Shown here in pieces: positions 11,100-19,990 of a stretch of DNA of 64,000 bases. A model generated the notes under the pieces. It was given only the letters and a program-made list of their open reading frames with translations, made no database searches and had not been told where the DNA came from. Where the stretch lies: assembly GCA_963755045.1 (NCBI GenBank), contig CAVWIL010000009.1:9485-73484 (forward strand), given 5' to 3'. Numbering within the stretch: the stretch's first letter is position 1; each line of letters begins with the position of its first letter. This DNA is from Nitrospirota bacterium. Lineage in GTDB: Bacteria > Nitrospirota > UBA9217. Both the position numbers and the translations under genes were made by a program.

Positions 11100-12575
11100 T
11101 TATGTCTTCGGTTTCTGGCCTTCGGTCCGCGGTTTGTTGCCCCGTCTCCGCCTGCGCCGCGTTGGCTTCGCTTTTCGCTTTGCGCTTTCCTGTAGTTCCT
11201 TTTCCTCGCCCGGCGCGAGCGGATGCTCCCTGATGAATTCTTTCCACCAGGCGCGGAGCTCTTTTTTCTCGCCCGTGGTCTCGCTCGTGAAACGCAGATA
11301 CTCGAAGGCATCGGCAAACCCGGGCCGCCGCAGGAAATAGCGGGGGTATTTTCCTTCCCGCTTTTCGAACCGCTGCTGATCCCAGTACATGTCGCGCATC
11401 GACAGCCCGACCTTCTTGGGGATCTGCACCCGTTGCGTCTGCTCCAGCATGGTCTCGGTCACTGCCCTCGTCATGGCATCAAGTGCAGGCACCCCCTGCT
11501 TCCGTAACTCAGCGGCTTTTCCCTCGACCAACTGTCCGAACATGAGTGCGAACAACATGGACGGCGGGACCTGCCGGCCGGCCTGCACATAGCCATCCAC
11601 CCACTCGAGCGACTTGCCGATCCAGATGTGCGGGAAGCCGTCGGACTCTGTGTCCACCCACTCGTTCAAACGAGGGAACATGACGTCGAAGAGACCCGTC
11701 TTCCTGAGGAGTTGGTAGGTCTTCTCGCCCTCACCGAGCAAAAAGAGCTTGAGGACCTCTTCGTACATCCGGGACGGAGAGGCAAGCGCTACCTGGTCCT
11801 TAAGCTCCAGTATGGCGTGATAGGTTTTCTCTTCGATCTCGAACCCGAGCAGGGCCGCGAACCGCACAGCGCGAACCATGCGCACCGGGTCCTCGGTGAA
11901 CCGCACCAGGGGATCGCCGATGATGCGGATGAGCCCGCGTTCGAGGTCCTGCAACCCGCCTATGTAGTCGATGACCGAGAAGTCGGCAATATTGTAAAAC
12001 AGCGCATTCACGGTGAAGTCGCGCCGGAGGGCGTCCTCTTTCGGCGTGCCGAAGACATTGTCCCGGAGGATCATACCGCCCTCGGTCTTGAGCATGCGCG
12101 GCGGCTTGGGCCTGACAGGGGCCTTCGTCCGCACCCCGGGAGTTGAAGGCGCAACACCCTCGACTCCGGGGGAAGCAACTGCTTCCTGCGCAGGCTGTTC
12201 CGCCGGTTCCGGCTGCAGCTGTTCGGCAACAGGGACAGCGTCCAGTGCCACCGGTTCATCGGACACCATGGACCGGAACGTCGCAACCTCGATGATCTCG
12301 TCATGAAAATGGACATGGGCGAGACGAAACCTGCGGCCGATGAGCCGGCAGTTGCGGAAGATCTTCTTGACCTCGCCCGGCGTGGCGTTCGTGGCAATGT
12401 CGAAGTCCTTGGGCTCGCGGCCGAGCAGCAGGTCGCGCACGCTGCCTCCCACCAGATAGGCGAAATACCCGTGCTCTTTCAGCTTGTAGAGGACGCGCAC
12501 GGCGTTGTGGCTGATCCACGTGCGGGAGATGGCATGTTTGGAACGCGGGATGATCGTAGGTTTTATAGGACTCAC
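11100..12575 (-). CDS. pcnB: Poly(A) polymerase I
   Basis: LVGGSVRDLL, KDFDIAT, LIGRRFRLAHV (PAP signature), RRDFTVNAL, EDPVRM; start approximate. Confidence 0.93.
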   Translation of the reverse strand: MSPIKPTIIPRSKHAISRTWISHNAVRVLYKLKEHGYFAYLVGGSVRDLLLGREPKDFDIATNATPGEVKKIFRNCRLIGRRFRLAHVHFHDEIIEVATFRSMVSDEPVALDAVPVAEQLQPEPAEQPAQEAVASPGVEGVAPSTPGVRTKAPVRPKPPRMLKTEGGMILRDNVFGTPKEDALRRDFTVNALFYNIADFSVIDYIGGLQDLERGLIRIIGDPLVRFTEDPVRMVRAVRFAALLGFEIEEKTYHAILELKDQVALASPSRMYEEVLKLFLLGEGEKTYQLLRKTGLFDVMFPRLNEWVDTESDGFPHIWIGKSLEWVDGYVQAGRQVPPSMLFALMFGQLVEGKAAELRKQGVPALDAMTRAVTETMLEQTQRVQIPKKVGLSMRDMYWDQQRFEKREGKYPRYFLRRPGFADAFEYLRFTSETTGEKKELRAWWKEFIREHPLAPGEEKELQESAKRKAKPTRRRRRRGNKPRTEGQKPKT

Positions 12576-12718
12576 GGGGAGGTATAATAGCACAGAGTGG
12601 CGGGCAAGGTAAAGAGGGAATCCGCTCGTGTGCCCCGGACCGGCCACGATTGACCATCCGGATCAATGGGGATTTGCTCCGTTGTGAAGAAGGTCTTCCT
12701 ATGGTATAATGCGCGACT

Positions 12719-13469
12719 ATGATGAATAATATTAATGTTACTGGACTGAACCCCGCGGTCGCAGGCAAGATCACCCCGATGCTCGAAGACCTGCTCAGGG
12801 AGCACGCAGCGAACATCCATTCATTTCACCTCGTGGGAAGCGCGGTGATCCCGGACTACAACGAGAAGCTTTCGGACATCAATTCCGTGCTCGTGCTGAA
12901 AACAATGGACCTGCGGGTCCTCGTCTTCCTGGCGCCCCTCGGTAAAAAATACGGCAAGAATCGGATCGCCGCGCCGCTCGTGATGACCCCGGAGTACATC
13001 GAAACATCGCTTGACGCATTCCCCGTCGAGTTCCTCGACTTCAAGCATCATCCACAAGACCCTGTACGGGCATGATCTGCTGCAGGACCTGCGGATCACC
13101 ATGCCGAACCTCCGGCTTCAGTGCGAGCGCGAGATCAAGACAAAACTCATCGGCCTGAGACAAGGATACGTCTCCTCACTCGGAAAGAAGGAAGAGATTG
13201 CCGCCGTGCTGGTACGGTCCTTCACCGGCTCCATGGCGCTCTTCCGGGCCATTATCACCCTCCTCGGCAAGGAACCGCCGATCCCGCGCACGGACGTCAT
13301 TACCGTGCTCGGCGCCGCAACAGGGATCAATACCGATATTTTTGAAAACTTGCTCATGCTCAAATTGAAGCTCCTCAAACCATCGGAACAGGAACTTGCA
13401 TCCTTCTTTGAACGCTACTATAAGACGCTTGAGGCCGCGGGAAAGATCATCGATGACCTCACGATTTAA
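12719..13469 (+). CDS. Nucleotidyltransferase-fold hypothetical protein (frameshift near 13045)
   Basis: GSA...SDIN motif and DAFPVEF continuing into NLRLQCERE in another frame; lies upstream of TPM and lemA genes. Confidence 0.7.
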
Positions 13470-14240
13470 GAGACTCCTCATCGCGGTCGTTCTCCTTGCA
13501 GCCGCCTGCGCTTCCGTTGTCAGCGCCTCCACGCCGCAGCCTCCCGATACGCCCCGGGATTATGTGGTCGACCTGGCCGGCATTATCAGAAGCGACTTGA
13601 AAAGCGAACTCAACGCCTATCTCCAGACACTTGAGCAGAAAACCACGGCCCAGGTGCTGGTGCTCACGGTCCAGACCCTTGACAACCAGGGCATCGAGGA
13701 ATTCGCGCTCAATACGAAGGAAAAATGGAAGCTCGGTCAAAAGGGCAAGGACAACGGTGTCCTGATCGTTGTCGCGGTGAATGACCGTAAGTACCGGATC
13801 GAGGTGGGCTACGGGCTCGAGGGCGTATTGCCCGACAGCATGGTCGGCACGATCGGACGGGAATACTTCGTCCCCTATTTCAGGGCAGGCGATTACAGCA
13901 CCGGGATCTACGCCGGCACGATCGCCGTGATCAAGACGATCGCCGCCCATGAGGGCGTAAGCATAACGAATGGATCGGAGAGAACACAGCCTCGCGGGGC
14001 CTATTCCGGCAAGCCCATCAGTACGTTCAACAAGATCATCCTTATCGCATTCGGGGTCATCCTGCTGGTCCTGTGCGTGGCCAATCCCGGACAATGTTTT
14101 CTTTTGCTCCTGCTCTTTTCACGGGGGGAGGAGGCCGCGGCGGCTGGTCCGGCGGCGGTGGGAGTTTCGGAGGCGGAGGAAGCTTCGGAGGCGGTGGCGG
14201 AGGAAGCGGAGGGGGCGGCGGAGCATCAGGAGGCTGGTGA
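13453..14240 (+). CDS. TPM domain protein (YgcG-like), Gly-rich tail frameshifted at a G-run near 14125
   Basis: KWKLGQKGKDNGVLI, RIEVGYGLEGVLPD; other frame gives GGFGGG...GASGGW*. Confidence 0.9.
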
Positions 14241-14300
14241 GTTCCTTCTTTAAGGTTCCCTCTCCCCAAGGGGCATACTCTTCAACTGAGCACAGTTTTT

Positions 14301-14744
14301 CCCTCCCCCTTCAAGGGGGAGGCCAGGTGGGGGATGGGTCTTCCCATGCATGGCCAGACAAACAAATATGTTCTCGACCATAAGCTGCAACGAACTCTCC
14401 GGAATAATATGACGGACGCGGAAAGAAAGCTATGGGGCGTTTTAAGGGGCAAGCAGTTTGATGGATTCAAATTCAGGCGACAACATCCCTATGAGCAATA
14501 CATACTTGATTTTGCTTGTCTCGAAAAGAAACTGATTGTTGAGGTTGACGGCGGACAGCATACGGAAGATACACTTCGTGATAGCGAACGGACATTATTT
14601 CTGGGAAAAGCCGGTTTCAGGGTATTGCGGTTTTGGAATCATGAGGTTCTGACCCAGATGAATGCGGTACAAGAGTGCATCTGGCGGGCGTTACATGATA
14701 ATGCAAACCCATCCCCACCCAGCCCTCCCCTTGAAAGGGAGGGT
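14301..14744. mobile_element. DUF559 gene bracketed by ~38-bp inverted palindromic repeats
   Basis: 14301-14339 CCCTCCCCCTTCAAGGGGGAGG...GGATGGGT versus 14707-14744 ACCCATCCCC...CCCTCCCCTTGAAAGGGAGGG; sits between the TPM gene and lemA. Confidence 0.7.
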
Positions 14745-14750
14745 ATATGA
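14334..14750 (+). CDS. DUF559 / Vsr-like endonuclease domain protein
   Basis: LRNNMTDAERKLW, FRRQHP, IVEVDGGQH, VLRFWN. Confidence 0.92.
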   Translation: MGLPMHGQTNKYVLDHKLQRTLRNNMTDAERKLWGVLRGKQFDGFKFRRQHPYEQYILDFACLEKKLIVEVDGGQHTEDTLRDSERTLFLGKAGFRVLRFWNHEVLTQMNAVQECIWRALHDNANPSPPSPPLEREGI

Positions 14751-14853
14751 TGCGGCTTTGCCATATGGTTTTGATAAACAGCCAGCAGCACTTCTCTCTT
14801 CCCCAACGGGGAGAGGAAGGTGAATCAGATAAATCACAACACAGGAGGAAATC

Positions 14854-15429
14854 ATGAGCAACGGAGTAAAGGCAGTACTGATCATTCTCGGCGTCATCGC
14901 GGTGTTTGCGATCGGGGCCATCATGTATGGCGTCGGCGAGTACAACAAGGTGGTGGCCATGGACGAGCAGGTCAAGAATCAGTGGGCGCAGGTCGAGAAT
15001 CAGCTGAAGCGGCGCTACGACCTGATCCCGAACCTGGTCGAGGTCGTCAAAGGGTATGCAACGCATGAAAGGGAGCTTTTTGAGCACATCGCCGATGCCC
15101 GCACGAAATATTTTCAAGCACCGACACCCAAGGACAAGATCGCGGCCTCGGGACAACTCGAAGGCGTGCTCTCGCGCCTGCTCGTGCTCCAGGAGACCTA
15201 TCCCCAGCTGAAGGCAAACGAAAGTTTCCTGAAACTGCATGATGACCTTGCGGGCACGGAGAACCGGATCGCGGTTGAGCGCATGCGGTACAATGACACG
15301 GTGAAGGTCCTCAATACGTACCGGAGAAGCGTGTTCGGAAAGTTCTTTGCTTCGTTGGCAGGCGTGAACGAGGCGACTTACTACGAAACCCCGCAGGCGG
15401 AGAAGGAAGCGCCGAAGGTGAAATTTTAG
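14854..15429 (+). CDS. lemA: LemA family protein
   Basis: QLKRRYDLIPNLV, ETYPQLKA, TENRIAVERMRYN. Confidence 0.96.
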   Translation: MSNGVKAVLIILGVIAVFAIGAIMYGVGEYNKVVAMDEQVKNQWAQVENQLKRRYDLIPNLVEVVKGYATHERELFEHIADARTKYFQAPTPKDKIAASGQLEGVLSRLLVLQETYPQLKANESFLKLHDDLAGTENRIAVERMRYNDTVKVLNTYRRSVFGKFFASLAGVNEATYYETPQAEKEAPKVKF

Positions 15430-15583
15430 GAAAGCAGTCTGGCCGAAAATATCACATTATGATAGTATCCAGAGCCTGTTTAGCAACTTAGTTGCGAAGC
15501 AGGCTTTTTTTCGTCCAGGTGACTATTACTACGGCGAACCTTTAGAAATAATGACACTATAACAACAGCATCTTTTACCCTTC

Positions 15584-15701
15584 CGTCATACCTGTCCCCA
15601 CCTACGCGGGCATCAACTTGCCCCCGTGAAAACGGGGGGCGGTATCCAGTGGTCTTTATATCCAAGCTACATCCTGGATTCCCGTTTCCACGGGAATGAC
15701 G
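15584..15701. repeat. CGTCAT...ATGACG REP-like palindrome with an internal extra hairpin
   Basis: CGTCATACC...GGTATCCAG...CTGGATTCCCGTTTCCACGGGAATGACG; related copies at 26560 and 52515. Confidence 0.75.
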
Positions 15702-15720
15702 AAACAAGTTCACTGCAGTA

Positions 15721-17361
15721 CTACGAAGCCTTCTCCACGGCCTCCTTTTTTGCCCAGGAAGATTGCGTGAGGTCCTCGAACGCCGTCATGGCCGCAATGG
15801 ACCCGTGCGCGACCGCAACGACGATCTGCTTCGGCGCACCGGTGATGTCTCCCGCGGCGTACACATTCGGCATGGACGTCCGCATGGTCATCAGGTCGGT
15901 CTTTATGTATCCCTGATCATCAAGCTCGAGACCAAGCTGCGTTGCGATCTCGTTTTGCGGAACATAACCGATGGCTACGAACACGCCATCGGCGGGCATC
16001 TCCGAGATCTTGCTGGACTTCCTGTCCCTGATCTTGACGGCTTTTACGATCTTGTCGCCGGAGATCTCCCTCACCTCGCTATCCCACAGTGCCGGGATCC
16101 CCGATTGCTTGAAGCTCTCCTGCAGCCGTGCCTCCGCCCGAAGCGTATCGCGCCAATGAACGAGGGTCACCTTTGCGCCGAGGTTGTGAAGATAGAGCGC
16201 GTCGGTAACTGCCGTATTGCCGCCCCCTACCACGATCACGTGCTTGCCGTCCTTGAAGAAATACCCGTCGCAGGTAGCGCAGTAGCTTACTCCCCTGCCG
16301 TAGAATTTCTGTGCTCCTGCTGCTTCGAGGACCCGGTTGTCAACGCCGGTCGCGATCAGCAGCCCCTTGGTAATATAGATGGCGTGGTTCGTTTTGAGAT
16401 GGAACCTGCCGTCCTGCGGGTCTTTCACCACCTCGGTCACGAATTCGCCGATATGAAGTTCCGTATACTGGGCTGCCTGCTGCGCCATCAGATCAATGAG
16501 ACTTTTGCCGCCGATGCGCATGAACCCCGGGTAGTTCTCCACCACCGGAGTGATGACCACCTGACCGCCGAGGTTGCTTTTTTCGATCAGGACGGAGTCG
16601 AGTCCCGCCCGCACGGCGTATATCACAGCCGTGAGCCCCGCGGGTCCGCCGCCGATGATGACCAGGTCCTTTTCCACCGGTTCTCCCGAGATCTGTGTTG
16701 ATGCTGCCAGGGGCTCCTTGAGGGTCATCAGGGATTCCATGAACAGCGGCTCCGGCTGCAGGCCGGCGCCGGTAAAGGTATTGTTCATGAATGTCTGCGG
16801 CACGGCAAGAGAGCCGAGGCTTTCCGCGAGGTCCCGGTTCTCATAGATCTCTACAGCCTCTGCAGACACCAGGTCGGGCTTTGCGATCGCAGCGGAAACT
16901 GCAGAGAGGACCTGCAGCGGACAATAGGGACAGGTCGGACTGACAAAGACCTGAATGTCCCGTTTTTCATGCAGCTGTTCGGTTATCTGCTTGATCGATG
17001 GCTCGGAAAGGATGGCCTTTCCCGTGGATGCCATTATGATCGCCGTGAGAAAGGATTGGCCTTCCTCTCCCATGGGAGCGCCGGTGAATCTGATGCGATA
17101 CTTGTCAGGCGCGATGAGTATCGACGGTGTGCGGGTGACGCCGCGTTTGACCGACTGCTCATCGCCGATGGTGTGGAATGTTACCTTGAGCTTATCTGAA
17201 AGAGGGGCAAGGGCCTTGAGCAGTGCCACAGCAGTTTCATTGAACTGGTCATTCGTTCCGCTCCCGGTGAAAACTTCAATGGCGACATCTTCCTTGAGCG
17301 TGTCTTCAAATGTTTTCCTAATGGTCTGTTTTACATCGTCAGGGATGAGTTCCTGTGCCAT
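15721..17361 (-). CDS. Thioredoxin reductase with N-terminal double thioredoxin-fold domain (AhpF-like architecture)
   Basis: TCPYC in the N-terminal region; IIGGGPAG, VSYCATCDG, GGGNTA, AAGDITG. Confidence 0.9.
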   Translation of the reverse strand: MAQELIPDDVKQTIRKTFEDTLKEDVAIEVFTGSGTNDQFNETAVALLKALAPLSDKLKVTFHTIGDEQSVKRGVTRTPSILIAPDKYRIRFTGAPMGEEGQSFLTAIIMASTGKAILSEPSIKQITEQLHEKRDIQVFVSPTCPYCPLQVLSAVSAAIAKPDLVSAEAVEIYENRDLAESLGSLAVPQTFMNNTFTGAGLQPEPLFMESLMTLKEPLAASTQISGEPVEKDLVIIGGGPAGLTAVIYAVRAGLDSVLIEKSNLGGQVVITPVVENYPGFMRIGGKSLIDLMAQQAAQYTELHIGEFVTEVVKDPQDGRFHLKTNHAIYITKGLLIATGVDNRVLEAAGAQKFYGRGVSYCATCDGYFFKDGKHVIVVGGGNTAVTDALYLHNLGAKVTLVHWRDTLRAEARLQESFKQSGIPALWDSEVREISGDKIVKAVKIRDRKSSKISEMPADGVFVAIGYVPQNEIATQLGLELDDQGYIKTDLMTMRTSMPNVYAAGDITGAPKQIVVAVAHGSIAAMTAFEDLTQSSWAKKEAVEKAS

Positions 17362-17394
17362 GGTAAGCCTCACATGAACCAAACAATGATTTAG

Positions 17395-17832
17395 CCACGG
17401 ATAGACACGGATTAACGCGGATGGTGAAGTCAGGATACCAACCGCTTCCATTCAAGTTTTGTTCTTCCAAAGTTAATGATCAATCCCACGTTTAAGCCCG
17501 TTGCTTTAAGATAATTGATCATTTGCGCTTCATGCTCAGAGCTGATTGACTTTATCGACTTCAGCTCCAGGATCAACTTGCCATTGACAAGAATGTCGGG
17601 ATAGAAATCTCCGACCACCTGACCTCTAAATTTTACTTTGAGTGGTACTTGTTCCTCGACGGTGAGCCCCTTCTGAGTCAAGGCAATAGTAAGAGCCTTC
17701 TGATACACACTTTCCAGAAAACCCGAGCCGAGTTCGTTTGAGACTTCAAAACAAATTCCGATCACTTTCTCTGTCAGTTCTTCATAAACCAAGCTCATTG
17801 TTTTATCCGTGTCTATCCGTGTCCATCCGTGG
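17395..17832. mobile_element. GxxExxY gene flanked by inverted CACGGAT decamer arrays
   Basis: CCACGGATAGACACGGATTAACGCGGAT (17395-17422) versus ATCCGTGTCTATCCGTGTCCATCCGTGG (17805-17832). Confidence 0.7.
17430..17798 (-). CDS. GxxExxY protein (PD-(D/E)xK nuclease fold)
   Basis: LGSGFLESVYQ, DILV...LILELK, QMINYLKAT, GLIINFG. Confidence 0.95.
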   Translation of the reverse strand: MSLVYEELTEKVIGICFEVSNELGSGFLESVYQKALTIALTQKGLTVEEQVPLKVKFRGQVVGDFYPDILVNGKLILELKSIKSISSEHEAQMINYLKATGLNVGLIINFGRTKLEWKRLVS

Positions 17833-18024
17833 CAAACCGGCTATCTTAAGCAAGCTCATTGTTTTTATCCGTGCCTATCCGTGTCCATCCGTGGCAAACC
17901 GGCTATCTTAAGCAAGCTCATTGTTTTTATCCGTGCCTATCCGTGTCCATCCGTGGCAAACCGACTATCTTAAGCAAGCTCATTGTTTTTATCCGTGCCT
18001 ATCCGTGTCCATCCGTGGCAAACC
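17790..18024. repeat. Tandem repeat, 62-bp unit, ~3.8 copies
   Basis: Units start at 17790, 17851, 17913 and 17975; nearly identical, no spacers. Confidence 0.95.
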
Positions 18025-18026
18025 AG

Positions 18027-18585
18027 CTACTTGATCCTCCGCGATATCGCCTTAAACTCCTCCGTGCCGGCAACCTTGAGAAGCTGAAACAGCGCCGTCT
18101 CGGTGCAGGTCACGACAGCGCCCGCATCGCGCATATACTCGATCCCGATCTTCCAGTTCTCCTTGAAGCGGGAACAGATCGCGTCCTGAACCACATGGAC
18201 ATTGATCCCGCCCTTGAGCAGGCTGATGCATGTCTGGAGCACGCAGACGTGCGTCTCCATGCCCGTCAGGACGACGCTCCTTTTCTTTTTCGCCTTAAGC
18301 TCCTCGAAGAACGGAGGTTGTCCGCAGCAATCGAACGTCATCTTCTCGATCGGGCTATAGAGCGGCACCGCCTCCCGGATCTCCGGCACGGTTGGGCCGA
18401 GTCCCTTGGAATACTGCTCCGTCACCATGACCGGCATGTGTATCATCTTGGCAAGCTCGATCAGGTGAAGGTTATTCCTGCACTACCTTCTCCCGTTCCT
18501 TCATGACCGCAGCCAGCTTCTCCTGAATATCGACGATCAAAAGGATCGTGTCTTCCTTATCAATAAAAAAATTATCCAATGTCAT
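18027..18585 (-). CDS. Isochorismatase family hydrolase (frameshift near 18475)
   Basis: LLIVDIQEKL upstream, then TEQYSKGLGPT, GMETHVCVLQT. Confidence 0.9.
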
Positions 18586-18606
18586 AATGCTGTTCGTCCC
18601 CCTAAC

Positions 18607-18766
18607 CCCGACAAGCCGGAACCGAAAGTGCGTCTCTCGCAGAGCACGCGGAGAACGCAGAGTTAAGCTTTACGTCTTGTTTTAACCCAAAATATTATAG
18701 CTTTTCTCTGCGAACTCTGCGCCTCTGCGAGAAAACTTTTTGCCGTTTTGAGAAGAATTTGACTCC
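18607..18766 (+). repeat. CGCAGAG/CTCTGCG palindromic intergenic element, copy 1 of 5
   Basis: GACAAGCCGGAACC...CTCTCGCAGAG...CTCTGCGAGAAAA...AGAAGAATTTGA shared with 38153, 40989, 42358 and 47591. Confidence 0.85.
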
Positions 18767-18820
18767 TTAGTTACTAAGATAGATCTGGTTTATGCGTTGC
18801 TTCCACCTCAATCGAACCTT

Positions 18821-18837
18821 ACCGGCAGCCTGCCGGT
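18821..18837 (-). promoter_or_regulatory. SECIS-like hairpin for the C-terminal UGA
   Basis: ACCGGCA-GGC-TGCCGGT begins 11 nt after the UGA at 18851-18849. Confidence 0.65.
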
Positions 18838-18839
18838 CA

Positions 18840-19058
18840 TCAGATCCCTCATGAATCGCCCTCATAACCTATAGTGACCTTGTCATATTCCACGATTACC
18901 GGTACTTTCCTCACGCCTTTTGAATACATCATCATGTCATTCAATTTCGAACTGTCAGCCTGCACATCATAATACACAGCCTTATTCCCGTAGACCGACC
19001 TGGCCTTATCGGTATGAGGTCAGCCGGCTTTCCCGAAGATCAACACCTTGTCCGCCAT
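18840..19058 (-). CDS. Uxx-star family glutaredoxin-like selenoprotein, two Sec codons
   Basis: MADKVLIFGKAG-U-PHTDKARS...GVRKVPVIV...TIGYEGDS-U-GI*; RBS AGAGGA; absent from the ORF track because of in-frame TGA at codons 13 and 70. Confidence 0.85.
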
Positions 19059-19260
19059 AGGTCCTCTCTTAACGAGTATTTGATGTATCGTAAAATCTGA
19101 TTCCTCCTTGTCATTTCAGACACGATACGAGTAAGATCTTTACATAAACATTCCTCTCTTCTTCGGAATGAACATTGTGCAATGACTTTTACAAATTGAT
19201 ATGGTATATAATATCATTTTACGGATGCAAAAGTAACTTTTTTACGATACAATCACAAAC

Positions 19261-19914
19261 GTGATGTTAGACGGAACAAATCCAACGGCAAGTTTGTCAT
19301 ATAGTAGTAAAAGGAGCAGCGCTTCTGGTCCGGATGACGATGCAACGCTCGTATCATCTGCACAAACAGGCGATTTGCAGGCTTTTGAACAGCTCGTAAC
19401 AAAGCACCAGAAAAAGATGCTCAACATCGCTTATCGACTGATCGGGGATTATGACGATGCGTGCGAGGTCGTGCAGGATGCTTTTGTCTCTGCTTACAGG
19501 AACATCAAAACGTTCCGTGGGGATGCAAAGTTCACGACCTGGCTCACGACAATAACATTGAACCTTTCAAAGAACCGGCTGAAACAGGTGAAGTCCCGGC
19601 AGAGCCATGAAGCCTATTCCCTGAATGATCCGATCCAGACCGATGACGGCACGATGACCATTGACCCGCCGTCGAAGGAGCCTTCGGTGCTGGATCGCAT
19701 GGAAACGCGGGACATCCGGACAAGGGTGCAGGACTGCATTAAGGCGCTGGATGCGGATTTTCGGGAGGTCCTCGTGCTTCGTGATATGCAGGAGTTCTCG
19801 TATGAAGAGATCGGGAGCATGCTCAAGGTGCGCGAGGGCACGGTAAAGTCGCGGCTGTTCAGGGCAAGGGATATGGTCAAGGATTGTCTGAAGAAGGCAA
19901 TGGTCTCTCTTTGA
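19261..19914 (+). CDS. ECF RNA polymerase sigma factor
   Basis: AFEQLV, VVQDAF, FTTWL, SYEEI...GTVKSRLFRAR. Confidence 0.95.
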   Translation: MMLDGTNPTASLSYSSKRSSASGPDDDATLVSSAQTGDLQAFEQLVTKHQKKMLNIAYRLIGDYDDACEVVQDAFVSAYRNIKTFRGDAKFTTWLTTITLNLSKNRLKQVKSRQSHEAYSLNDPIQTDDGTMTIDPPSKEPSVLDRMETRDIRTRVQDCIKALDADFREVLVLRDMQEFSYEEIGSMLKVREGTVKSRLFRARDMVKDCLKKAMVSL

Positions 19915-19928
19915 TCGAATCATGCCTT

Positions 19929-19980
19929 GGTAGCCGCAGGCTTTAGCCTGCGTCGACGCAACCTGAGGGTTGCGGCTACC
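19929..19980. repeat. REP-like doublet
   Basis: GGTAGCCGCAGGCTTTAGCCTGCG ... CGCAACCTGAGGGTTGCGGCTACC; GTAG-tetranucleotide hairpins in inverted orientation. Confidence 0.75.
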
Positions 19981-19990
19981 TGTGATATAA

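Noticed and set aside
17790-18024. CRISPR array
   Set aside because: Units are contiguous and nearly identical, with no unique spacers and no cas genes.
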